Source of the DNA: Gaiellales bacterium
Lineage (GTDB): Bacteria; Actinomycetota; Thermoleophilia; Gaiellales; JAICJC01
NCBI GenBank assembly: GCA_036263035.1
Contig: DATAHR010000139.1
Coordinates: 1 to 55,179 of the forward strand
Length of the DNA: 55,179 bases
Direction of reading: 5' to 3'
Shown here: in pieces, positions 18,505 through 26,740 of the stretch
Layout of the letters: each line of letters begins with the position of its first letter
Position numbering within the stretch: the first letter of the stretch is position 1
Position numbers and translations under genes: made by a program
Notes under the pieces: model-generated
What the model was told of the DNA's origin: nothing
What the model saw: the letters and a program-made list of their open reading frames with translations, nothing else
Databases searched by the model: none

Positions 18505-19616
18505 GCAGCCCGCCGGATCGCCTCGTCACGCGGCAGCGCCGCCAGCACCGCCCACAGCTCGGGCCCACGCTCGCGGCCGGTCAGCGCCACGCGGGCCTCG
18601 CGCAGTGGCACACCGGCGCTGCGCAGCTCGTCCACCAGCGCGCGGGCGTCCTGCTCCGACAGCCGGTCCGGATAGCGACCACGAATTGTTGCCAGCTCAG
18701 GCACCGGATGCGGCTCCGGCGGCTGGGAGACGCAGGCGACGAGGTCGGCGGCCTCCGCGAGCGTGTGGGCACCGCGAAGCGCGGGTGCCAGCGCGGTGAC
18801 GAGGGCCGGGTCGGCGCCCGGCGCGAAGGCTGTCACCCGCTCCGCCAGCTGCTCCGGCGGCAGCGCGGCCAAGTGCGCCGTCGACAGGGCGCGCAGGCGG
18901 GACGGCTCGAGCACGATCTCCCCGCGCGCGAGGCGCGACTCGTCAAACCGCGAGACCAGCTCGTCCCAGCCCATCACGTCGCCCGGCCCGGACGTGGCGA
19001 CGAGCGCAAGCAGATTGACCACCGCCTCCGGCGGGTAGCCCTCCGCGCGCAGCGACGCGATCGACGAGGCGCCGGCCCGCTTCGAGAGCTTGCCGCCGTC
19101 CCCCTCCTGCACCAGAGCGTGGTGCATGAACTCGGGTGGCTCGGCGCCGAGCGCGCGGATCGCCGCGACCTGGAGCGCCGTGTTCGGCAGGTGGTCGTTG
19201 CCTCGGATGACGTGGGTGATGCCGAAGTCGACGTCGTCCACGGCGGACGCCCACCGGTAGGTCGGCCGGCCGTCGGAGCGGACGATCACGAACTCGCTCG
19301 CGCCAGGCGCGGACAGCCACACGGCGCCGTCGCGGGTGTAGGCGCCCTGCGCGGTTGCCGCCGCGTCGAGGTGACGTGCACGGCGGTCGCTCTGGCGAAC
19401 GGGGCCTTCGTCCCACTCCAGGCCGAGCCACCGCAGGTCGCGCTCGATCTCCTCCTGCGCGCCGGGGAGCTCGCGCTCGTCGTCGGTATCGTCGATGCGC
19501 AGGAGCACGGTGCCGCCGTGCTTGCGTGCGAACAGCCAGTTGGCGACGGCGGTGAGCGTGCTCCCGAGATGCAGGGAGCCGGTCGGGCTGGGAGCGAAGC
19601 GAACCTTCGGCGACAT
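18501..19616 (-). CDS. gltX: compact glutamyl-tRNA synthetase-like protein (371 aa)
   Basis: RFAPSPTGSLHLGS (HIGH-type), DDTD, RSDGRPTY, KLSKR (KMSKS-type), C-terminal RVALTG...GPEL as in GluRS. It is syntenic with gltX-cysS but much shorter than canonical GluRS. Confidence 0.75.
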   Translation of the reverse strand: MSPKVRFAPSPTGSLHLGSTLTAVANWLFARKHGGTVLLRIDDTDDERELPGAQEEIERDLRWLGLEWDEGPVRQSDRRARHLDAAATAQGAYTRDGAVWLSAPGASEFVIVRSDGRPTYRWASAVDDVDFGITHVIRGNDHLPNTALQVAAIRALGAEPPEFMHHALVQEGDGGKLSKRAGASSIASLRAEGYPPEAVVNLLALVATSGPGDVMGWDELVSRFDESRLARGEIVLEPSRLRALSTAHLAALPPEQLAERVTAFAPGADPALVTALAPALRGAHTLAEAADLVACVSQPPEPHPVPELATIRGRYPDRLSEQDARALVDELRSAGVPLREARVALTGRERGPELWAVLAALPRDEAIRRAA

Positions 19617-19620
19617 CGGC

Positions 19621-19977
19621 CTACGCTAGCAAGCGGGCGCGGGCCGCCTGCAGCAGCGCCTCGCGCAGCCCGGGACGCTCGGCGATCAGCGCGCGGATGG
19701 CCGAGCCCGGGACGACCAGCAGCCGGGCCGGCTGGTCGACGATCACACTGGCTGTGCGCGGCCGGCCGTCGAGCATGGCAGCCTCGCCCAGCAGGGCGCC
19801 TTGGCCGAGCTCGCCGATACGGCGGCCGCCGCGGGTGACGACGACGGTGCCGCTGAGCACGACGAACAGCGAGCCGCCGGTCGCACCCTCGCGCACGAGC
19901 ACCTGGCCGGGCTCGGCGTCCTGCTCCTGGCCGGCGTCGACCAGGGCCTGCCAATCCTGGGGATCGATCGGCTCCAT
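19621..19977 (-). CDS. stand-alone cyclic-nucleotide-binding domain protein
   Basis: 118 aa. Phosphate-binding-cassette-like GELGQGALLGEAAML.GRPRTASV. The stop is 4 nt before the gltX start. Confidence 0.75.
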   Translation of the reverse strand: MEPIDPQDWQALVDAGQEQDAEPGQVLVREGATGGSLFVVLSGTVVVTRGGRRIGELGQGALLGEAAMLDGRPRTASVIVDQPARLLVVPGSAIRALIAERPGLREALLQAARARLLA

Positions 19978-20050
19978 CGGGCGATTCTCGCACGGCGGAG
20001 AGGCTCACGACCCCGTCTCAGAGCGTAACGATTGTGCAACTCCGAGGTCC

Positions 20051-20083
20051 GTGACGAAAAAGTGCCCGGCACTTTTCCGTCAC
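20051..20083. repeat. 33-bp near-perfect palindrome, copy A of a dispersed element
   Basis: GTGACGAAAAAGTGCC-C-GGCACTTTTCCGTCAC, with 15 of 16 positions pairing. A stretch of about 30 nt is nearly identical to 44052-44082. Confidence 0.8.
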
Positions 20084-20124
20084 CGGGCGGCGTCGGCGGC
20101 GGGCCGCGTCATACTCCCGGGCCT

Positions 20125-21228
20125 ATGGAAGCTGGTGCCCAGCCCGCGCGCCGGATCAGGGCCGCCGTCACGCACGAGTTCGGCGGGCAGCTGACGATCG
20201 AACAGCTCGATCTGCGCCCGCCGCGTCCTGATGAGATCGGCGTCCGGATCACCGCCTGCGCCATCTGCCACAGCGACATCAGCTACATGGACGGCGCCTG
20301 GGGCGGCCACCTCCCCGCCGTCTTCGGCCACGAGGTGGCCGGCGTCGTCGACGAGCTTGGCCAGGGGATCGACGAGGTGGCCGTCGGGGATCCCGTCGTC
20401 GTCACCCTCATCCGCTGGTGCGGCCGGTGCCCGACCTGCGCCGCCGGCCTGCCCGGCCTCTGCGAGAACCGGTCACGGCTCAACGACCTGTCCCACTCGC
20501 CCCTCACGCTCGGCGGCGCTCCGGTGCACCAGGGCCTGCGCTGCGCTGGGTTCGCCGAGCGAGCCGTCGTCCACACCTCGCAGGTCGTGCGGGTGCCCGC
20601 CCAGATCCCGCCTGAGCAGGCCGCCCTGCTCGCGTGCGGCGTCATCACCGGCGTCGGCGCCGTCCTCCACACGGCCGGTGTCCGCACCGGTGCCGCCGCG
20701 GCCGTGGTCGGGCTCGGCGGTGTCGGGCTGAACGCCGTCCAGGGCTGCGTGCTGGCCGGGTCGCCGCTCATCCTCGGCATCGACCCGGTGGAGAGCAAGC
20801 GCCGCTCTGCCGCCGCCTTCGGCGCCACGCACACCGCCGAGCCGGCCGCGGCGCGAGAACGCGCACTGGAGCTGACCGCGGGCCGCGGCCTCGACCTCGT
20901 CGTCGTCACCGCTCCCTCCGCGTCGGCGGTCGAAGGCGCCGTTGCCATGCTGGCCGACGCCGGTACCGCAGTCCTGGTCGGCCTGCCCTCCGGGACGACG
21001 GTCGCGCTCGATCCGGAGGTGATCGCTGAGCGCGGGCTCCGCATCGTGGGGAGCAAGGTCGGCTCCGCCAGGCCACACGCCGACGTCCCGCACCTCGCGC
21101 ACCTGAACCTCGCCGGCCGGCTGCAGCTCGAGCCGCTGATCACCCATCGCTTCGACCTCGACCAGATCAACGACGCGATCGCCACCGCCCGCGCGGGCGA
21201 GGCGCTGAGGGTCGTCGTTGTCCCCTGA
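20125..21228 (+). CDS. zinc-dependent alcohol dehydrogenase family protein
   Basis: CAICHSD...GHE catalytic Zn ligands, structural Zn CGRCPTCAAGLPGLC, GLGGVG nucleotide fold. Start moved to ATG 20125. Confidence 0.85.
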   Translation: MEAGAQPARRIRAAVTHEFGGQLTIEQLDLRPPRPDEIGVRITACAICHSDISYMDGAWGGHLPAVFGHEVAGVVDELGQGIDEVAVGDPVVVTLIRWCGRCPTCAAGLPGLCENRSRLNDLSHSPLTLGGAPVHQGLRCAGFAERAVVHTSQVVRVPAQIPPEQAALLACGVITGVGAVLHTAGVRTGAAAAVVGLGGVGLNAVQGCVLAGSPLILGIDPVESKRRSAAAFGATHTAEPAAARERALELTAGRGLDLVVVTAPSASAVEGAVAMLADAGTAVLVGLPSGTTVALDPEVIAERGLRIVGSKVGSARPHADVPHLAHLNLAGRLQLEPLITHRFDLDQINDAIATARAGEALRVVVVP

Positions 21229-22333
21229 CGAGACGCGCATTGCCAGCGTCGAGTCGTTCGCGACCGAGGACGTCGCGCTCGTCCGCGTCCGCACGCGCGA
21301 CGGCGCTGAAGGCTGGGGACAGGTGGCGCCGTACAACGCCGACATCACCGCGCGCGTGCTGCACCGCCAGGTCGCGCCGCACGCGCTCGGCTGGGACGCC
21401 GATGAGCCGGAGGCCCTCGGTCGGGCGATCCTGGAGCGCGAGTTCAAGTTTCCGGGCTCCTACGTCTGCCGTGCGCTCGGCGGCCTCGACACGGCGCTCT
21501 GGGATCTCCGCGCCAAGCGGGCGGGCGTGCCTGTCTGCGAGCTGGCCGGGGGCTCCCCGCGGCCGCTCGCGGCCTACGCGTCGAGCATGCGCCGCGATAT
21601 TACGCCCGAGGACGAGGCACGCCGCCTGGCGGAGCTGCAGCAGGAGCACGGCTACCGGGCGTTCAAGGTGCGCGTCGGCGCGGAGAACGGGCACGACGGG
21701 GACGAGTGGCCCGGCCGCACGGAGCAGCTGATCCCGGCGGTGCGCGCGGCGGTCGGCGACGACGCCCGCCTGCTGGTGGATGCCAACAGCTGTTACACGC
21801 CCGAGCGGGCGATCGAGGTGGGACGGATGCTCGAGGCGCACGGGGTCGTGCATTACGAGGAGCCCTGCCCGTACTGGGAGCTCGAGTGGACGGCGCGGGT
21901 GGCCGCCGCGCTCGACCTCGACGTCACGGGTGGCGAGCAGGACTGCCTGCTTCCGACGTGGCGGCGCATGTTCGAGCTGCATGCGCTTGACGTCGCCCAG
22001 CCGGACGTCTGCTACGTGGGCGGATTCACCCGGGCGCTGCGGGTGGCCGAGATGGCTGCCGAAGCAGGCATCCCGGTCGTGCCGCACTCGGCGAACCTCA
22101 CCCTGGTGACCGTGTTCTCGCTGCATCTGATGTGCGCGATCCCCAACGCCGGGCCCTACATCGAGCTCTCGATCGAGGACGACGACTACTACCCCTGGCA
22201 GCGCGGGCTGTTCCGCGAGGAGCCGACCGCGACCGACGGCCTCGTCGACACGCCCCGCGGCCCGGGATGGGGCGTCGACATCGAACCCGCCTGGCTGGAG
22301 CGGGCGGAGCACCGGATCACGGCAGCCGAGTAG
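21218..22333 (+). CDS. enolase-superfamily enzyme (mandelate racemase / muconate lactonizing family)
   Basis: N-terminal capping domain, FKVRVG, metal-ligand pattern LLVDANS ... YEEP ... GGEQD. Confidence 0.85.
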   Translation: MSPDETRIASVESFATEDVALVRVRTRDGAEGWGQVAPYNADITARVLHRQVAPHALGWDADEPEALGRAILEREFKFPGSYVCRALGGLDTALWDLRAKRAGVPVCELAGGSPRPLAAYASSMRRDITPEDEARRLAELQQEHGYRAFKVRVGAENGHDGDEWPGRTEQLIPAVRAAVGDDARLLVDANSCYTPERAIEVGRMLEAHGVVHYEEPCPYWELEWTARVAAALDLDVTGGEQDCLLPTWRRMFELHALDVAQPDVCYVGGFTRALRVAEMAAEAGIPVVPHSANLTLVTVFSLHLMCAIPNAGPYIELSIEDDDYYPWQRGLFREEPTATDGLVDTPRGPGWGVDIEPAWLERAEHRITAAE

Positions 22334-22339
22334 CGTACG

Positions 22340-23146
22340 GTGATGCCGATCGCCTCTCGCCGCCTGGGCCGAAGCGGGCTCGAGATCCCCGTGATCGGCA
22401 TCGGCTCCTGGCAGACGTTCGACGTCGGGCCCGAGAGCCAGGCCGACGTGAATGCGGTGCTGGCCGCGGCGCTCGAGGCGGGCACGACGCTGATCGACAG
22501 CTCGCCGATGTACGGACGCTCGGAGGAGCGGATCGGCGCGGCGCTCGGCTCGCTGCCGGGCGAGCCACTGGTCGTCACCAAGATCTGGGCGGACACGGCC
22601 GAGGAGGGACGCCGCCAGTTCGAGCGGCACCTCCGGCTGTACGGCGGGCCGATCCTGCTCGAGCAGATCCACAACCTGCGCGCATGGAGGCAGCAGCTGG
22701 AGTGGCTGGAGCAGGAGCGCGACGCCGGGCGGGTGCGGCTGATCGGCGCCACGCACTACTCCCCGAGCGCGTTCGACGAGCTTGCCGCGGTGATGCGGAC
22801 GGGCCGCATCGACGTCATCCAGATCCCATACAACCCGATCGAGCGAGAGGTGGAGCGGACGATCCTGCCGCTTGCGCAGGAGCTCGACATCGGGGTGCTC
22901 GTGATGCGTCCCTTCTCCCAGCGGGCGCTGATCCGGGCGGTCGACGAGCGCGCGCTCGCCGAGCTCGGGGCCGGCACGTGGGCACAGGCGCTGCTGAAGT
23001 GGATCCTGGCGGACGAGCGGGTTTCGGTGCTGCTGCCGGCGACGTCGTCGCCCGCTCACGCCCGAGACAACGCCGCCGCCGGGGCACCGCCGTTCCTGGA
23101 CGCCGACGGCCGGCGCGTGGTCGAGCGGCTCGCCGGCGTGGGCTGA
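22340..23146 (+). CDS. aldo/keto reductase
   Basis: RRLGRSGLEIPVIGIGSW N-terminus and an AKR-like barrel length of 268 aa. Confidence 0.8.
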   Translation: MMPIASRRLGRSGLEIPVIGIGSWQTFDVGPESQADVNAVLAAALEAGTTLIDSSPMYGRSEERIGAALGSLPGEPLVVTKIWADTAEEGRRQFERHLRLYGGPILLEQIHNLRAWRQQLEWLEQERDAGRVRLIGATHYSPSAFDELAAVMRTGRIDVIQIPYNPIEREVERTILPLAQELDIGVLVMRPFSQRALIRAVDERALAELGAGTWAQALLKWILADERVSVLLPATSSPAHARDNAAAGAPPFLDADGRRVVERLAGVG

Positions 23147-23881
23147 TCAGCGGTCCGGCAGTGCGGCGACCAGCTCATCGTGCACCCGGCCGTTCGAGCT
23201 GACGAGCTGACGGCCGGCGCCGGCCGGCTCGCCGCGCGGCCCGGACACGCGGCCGCCCGCCTCCTCGACGATCGGCGCGACCGCCGCGACGTCCCAGTGC
23301 GACAGGGCCGCGTCAACGGCCGCGTCGAGGGCGCCCGCGGCGACGAGCATGTGCTGCCAGAAGTCCCCGAACCCGCGGGCATGCCAGACCAGGGGCTCCA
23401 GCGCGGCCAGGTCGTCGCCGTGTGCGCAGGAGACAGCCGCCCGGGAGAGGGCTTCCGTCTCGGACACCTGGATCGGTTCGCCATCGCAGAACGCCCCTGC
23501 GCCCCGCTCCGCCCACCAGCGGTGGCCGAGGGCGGGAGCCGAGACGACCCCGCAGACCGCGACGCCGTCGCGCTCGAGCGCGATCAGCGTCGCCCACACC
23601 GGGATCGCGCGGGCGAAGTTGCGAGTGCCGTCGATCGGGTCGAGCACCCACCGTGCGCCTCCGTCGGTCGCACCATGCTCCTCGCCCAGCACGCCGTCCT
23701 GCGGCCGCTCGGCCGCCAGCCTGCCGCGCAGCGCCTGCTCGACGGCGTGGTCGGCGTCGGTCACCGGGCTGCTGTCGGACTTGGCGGTGACGCGCAGATC
23801 GTTCGCGCCGAACCGCGGCATGCTCACTGAGTCGGCGAGATCGGCGAGGTCGAGCGCGAGCGCGAGGTCGTCAGAGGGCAC
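23147..23881 (-). CDS. hisN: inositol-monophosphatase-fold protein, histidinol-phosphatase (HisN)-like
   Basis: TPVTDADHAVE, LGEE, LDPIDGTRNF, VWATLIAL and WD motifs, close to actinobacterial HisN. Confidence 0.7.
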   Translation of the reverse strand: MPSDDLALALDLADLADSVSMPRFGANDLRVTAKSDSSPVTDADHAVEQALRGRLAAERPQDGVLGEEHGATDGGARWVLDPIDGTRNFARAIPVWATLIALERDGVAVCGVVSAPALGHRWWAERGAGAFCDGEPIQVSETEALSRAAVSCAHGDDLAALEPLVWHARGFGDFWQHMLVAAGALDAAVDAALSHWDVAAVAPIVEEAGGRVSGPRGEPAGAGRQLVSSNGRVHDELVAALPDR

Positions 23882-23903
23882 CTCGCAAGCCTATGCGGTC
23901 GGG

Positions 23904-24848
23904 TCAGGCCGCGGTCAGCTCGACCGGCCGCACCGTCACGTCGATCAGGTCGCCGGCGCGGACGACGGTCGCCGTCTGCGGCCGGTCGATCGCCTCGCCG
24001 GACAGCAGCCGTTGCAGATCCTCGGTGCGCTCGACGGGGTCGCCGTTCAGGGCGACGACGATGTCCTCGGAGCGAAGCCCGGCGGCAGCCGCGGGGCTGC
24101 CCGGCGCGATGTCGATCAGCTCGACGCCTGCGGAGCGCCCGAGCACCGAGGCGGCGCGCGGCGGCAGCGGCCGCGGGGCGGCGCCGACGCCGATGTATGC
24201 CCGGCGCACGCGCCCGTCGCGCATCAGCGAGCCGATCAGCGCGCGGGTGTGGTCGTTGATGGGGACGGCGAGGCCCAGGCCCGCCCCCGCGAGCGCGGTG
24301 TTGATGCCGACGACGCCGCCGTCCGTCGTCGCGAGCGCGCCGCCGGAGTTTCCCGGGTTGAGGGTGGCGTCGGTCTGGATGACGTTGTCGATGATCCGCA
24401 TCGTGCCCCCCGACCGGGCGGGGAGCGAGCGGCCGAGCGCGGAGACGACGCCGGCTGTCACGGAGCCGGCGAAGCCGTGGGGGTTGCCCACAGCGACGAC
24501 GAGCTGGCCGACGCGCAGCGTGGAGGCATCGCCCAGCTCGGCCGGGATCAGCCCGGCGTCGCGGACGCCGATGACGGCGAGGTCGCTGAAGGGGTCACGG
24601 CCGACCACCTCGAAGCGGAACTCGCGTCCGTCGGGGAAGGAGGCGGTGCCGTTGCGCGTCGAGGCGGGAACGACGTGCGCATTGGTGACCAGGCGGTCGT
24701 CCGCGATCACCACAGCCGAGCCACCCGCCTCGCGCGTACGCGGGCCCGCACCGAGCCGCACGCGCAGGCTGGCAACGGACGGCGAGACGCGCTCCACGGC
24801 GCCGATCACGGCCTGGGAGTAGGCATCGAGCGGACTCAGCTCTGGCAT
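23904..24848 (-). CDS. S1C (HtrA/DegP-like) serine protease with PDZ domain
   Basis: Catalytic TNAHV, D, GNSGGAL. C-terminal PDZ (GSPAAAAGLRSEDIVVALNG). Confidence 0.85.
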   Translation of the reverse strand: MPELSPLDAYSQAVIGAVERVSPSVASLRVRLGAGPRTREAGGSAVVIADDRLVTNAHVVPASTRNGTASFPDGREFRFEVVGRDPFSDLAVIGVRDAGLIPAELGDASTLRVGQLVVAVGNPHGFAGSVTAGVVSALGRSLPARSGGTMRIIDNVIQTDATLNPGNSGGALATTDGGVVGINTALAGAGLGLAVPINDHTRALIGSLMRDGRVRRAYIGVGAAPRPLPPRAASVLGRSAGVELIDIAPGSPAAAAGLRSEDIVVALNGDPVERTEDLQRLLSGEAIDRPQTATVVRAGDLIDVTVRPVELTAA

Positions 24849-24885
24849 ACGAGCAGGGTAGCCAGAGGCGCAAGCGCCGAGCCGG

Positions 24886-24914
24886 CAGGGAGGGGGACCG
24901 CGGCCCCCTCCCTG
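24886..24914 (-). terminator. GC-rich hairpin downstream of the secreted-protein gene
   Basis: CAGGGAGGGGG (24886-24896) pairs with CCCCCTCCCTG (24904-24914). 11-bp stem, 7-nt loop, no clear U-tract. Confidence 0.5.
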
Positions 24915-24924
24915 CGCGGATGGC

Positions 24925-26004
24925 CTAACAGAGCGGAGAGGGTGAGGTGAACGTCCCCAGGTAGGTGTAGCGGCCGCGAATGCCGATCGACGGCGTCTGG
25001 TGGGCGAACCAGGACAGGAACGCCTCGTCCTGCGGGTGGTAGCCGTTCACCGTGAAGGACACGCCGACCAGCGGGTCGCCCGACTCGAGCACGTTGCTGC
25101 ATCCGTACTGGGGAGCGAGCGGTGACTGCCAGACGGGCACGACGTTGTCGACGAACGGATCGTTCATCCACTCGGACAGCTCATGAGAGAGGGCGTTGAT
25201 GTCCTCGGCGAAGGTGGCGTTCGGGTTGTCCACATGCGCGAGCGCGTTCTCGGATCCGTAGTCGGCGAACATCGACGTCTGCACCTGCCGGTTGCCGCTG
25301 CCGTTCCGCGACGACGTTGCGCCGTGGAACCCGCCGACGCAGCAGGCGGCGGGGGTCTTGAAGTCGAGCATGACGTCGTGGGTGAGCAGGATCGGCAGCG
25401 TGCGGGCGCTGACGTGCAGGCCGTTGATGATGCGGCCGTAGCGGCCCGCGAACCATGAGTAGTTGACCAGGCCGAGCCGCTTCAGCGCGACGTGATTCCC
25501 GAAGGTCGTGCCGGCCGCGATGACGGTGCCCTGGTTCGAGGGCACGTCGATGGTGACCGTCGGCATCACCGTCGGGCTGCTGAGCAGCACGTGGTAGCCG
25601 GGATGCAGCCTGCGCCAAAACTCTGCTCGCTGGATGGCGTCGCCGTACTGCGTGAAGCCCGACAGGAAGTGCGCACGCTGCCAGATCGGCGAACGGATCG
25701 CCTCGGGCACGATGGTGCCCGCATTGAACACCGACCCGTCGGCGAACACGAACCGCAGTGGAACGACCTCGTTCGCGATGCGTGTGGTCGCGCCGGACGT
25801 GAACGGGCTGGTGCCGACCATCTGGTAGGGGTAGGTGACCCCGCCGTACGTGAACGAGCTGCTGAAGTACGGGATGGTGGTGCCCGAGTGGTTCGGCGCG
25901 GAGCCGAGCGTCGTGAACGGCTTGACCGCGGCGCCGGCCGGTGCGGCAGCGGCGAGCAGCGCGATCAGCGCGATCGCGACCAGTCCGGTGAGTCTGGCTT
26001 TCAT
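24925..26004 (-). CDS. secreted hypothetical protein
   Basis: ATG 26004 preceded by GGAGGGGG. Signal peptide MKARLTGLVAIALIALLAAAAPAGA. I recognise no family, only an HELSEW motif. Confidence 0.6.
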   Translation of the reverse strand: MKARLTGLVAIALIALLAAAAPAGAAVKPFTTLGSAPNHSGTTIPYFSSSFTYGGVTYPYQMVGTSPFTSGATTRIANEVVPLRFVFADGSVFNAGTIVPEAIRSPIWQRAHFLSGFTQYGDAIQRAEFWRRLHPGYHVLLSSPTVMPTVTIDVPSNQGTVIAAGTTFGNHVALKRLGLVNYSWFAGRYGRIINGLHVSARTLPILLTHDVMLDFKTPAACCVGGFHGATSSRNGSGNRQVQTSMFADYGSENALAHVDNPNATFAEDINALSHELSEWMNDPFVDNVVPVWQSPLAPQYGCSNVLESGDPLVGVSFTVNGYHPQDEAFLSWFAHQTPSIGIRGRYTYLGTFTSPSPLC

Positions 26005-26053
26005 CAGTGTCCCCCTCCACATGGATCAGACTTCCGGCTGGCACGGTACCCCT

Positions 26054-26075
26054 GCCCTGACAGGATCGTCAGGGC
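26054..26075 (-). terminator. hairpin directly after the stop of the 26077-26646 gene
   Basis: GCCCTGAC-aggatc-GTCAGGGC, 8-bp stem. Confidence 0.4.
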
Positions 26076-26076
26076 A

Positions 26077-26646
26077 TCAACGCGAACCGTCACCCGCGGC
26101 GGGCTCCCACTCCGCGGGTGCGGGCGCTGAGCCGCCGGATGCCAGAGCCGCACGTACGGCCAGGAACACGAGGGCGCACACCTGCCACACCGCAGTAAGG
26201 AGCAGGATTGCGCTCGCGAACAGCAAACCGCCTTCGACCTGGCCGTCAGCTGACAGGCCGACGGCGGCCCATATTCCAGTCGCAGCGGAGAACGCTGCGA
26301 CGGAGCTCGCCAGGCTGGTGACCCGATGGAACCTTCGCACCCTGGCCGCGACCATGCCGCCGACGCTCACGAGGATCAGCGTGGCGATCGCCCAGGGACG
26401 CGCCGCTCGCGAGATCGACTTCGACTCGTCTACCACACCGTCCACGGGCTCGGCGACGCCCGGGCCCTGGTGGATGACAGGGTCGGCACCGAGCACGATC
26501 CCGACCCCGCTGGTCGTCGCCTGCGTACCGCCCTCGCAGGAGGAGACCGAGAAGAACGGCAGGCCGAAGCACAACGCGACCGCCAGGAACGGTGAGCAGC
26601 GAAGTGCTCTGACCCAACCCGACATCGGCTTTCGTTCGTCGTCCAT
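26077..26646 (-). CDS. hypothetical membrane protein or lipoprotein
   Basis: 189 aa. N-terminal hydrophobic segment ending in the lipobox-like VSSC. Further TM helices at the C-terminus. Confidence 0.55.
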   Translation of the reverse strand: MDDERKPMSGWVRALRCSPFLAVALCFGLPFFSVSSCEGGTQATTSGVGIVLGADPVIHQGPGVAEPVDGVVDESKSISRAARPWAIATLILVSVGGMVAARVRRFHRVTSLASSVAAFSAATGIWAAVGLSADGQVEGGLLFASAILLLTAVWQVCALVFLAVRAALASGGSAPAPAEWEPAAGDGSR

Positions 26647-26740
26647 GACGCCAGTGTGCAGCGGCGATACACACGTGGCGTCGGGGATGTCCCTCGGGTG
26701 TCGGTTCCCGGATGGCCGGCCGGGGCAGTAGCGTGCGCCG

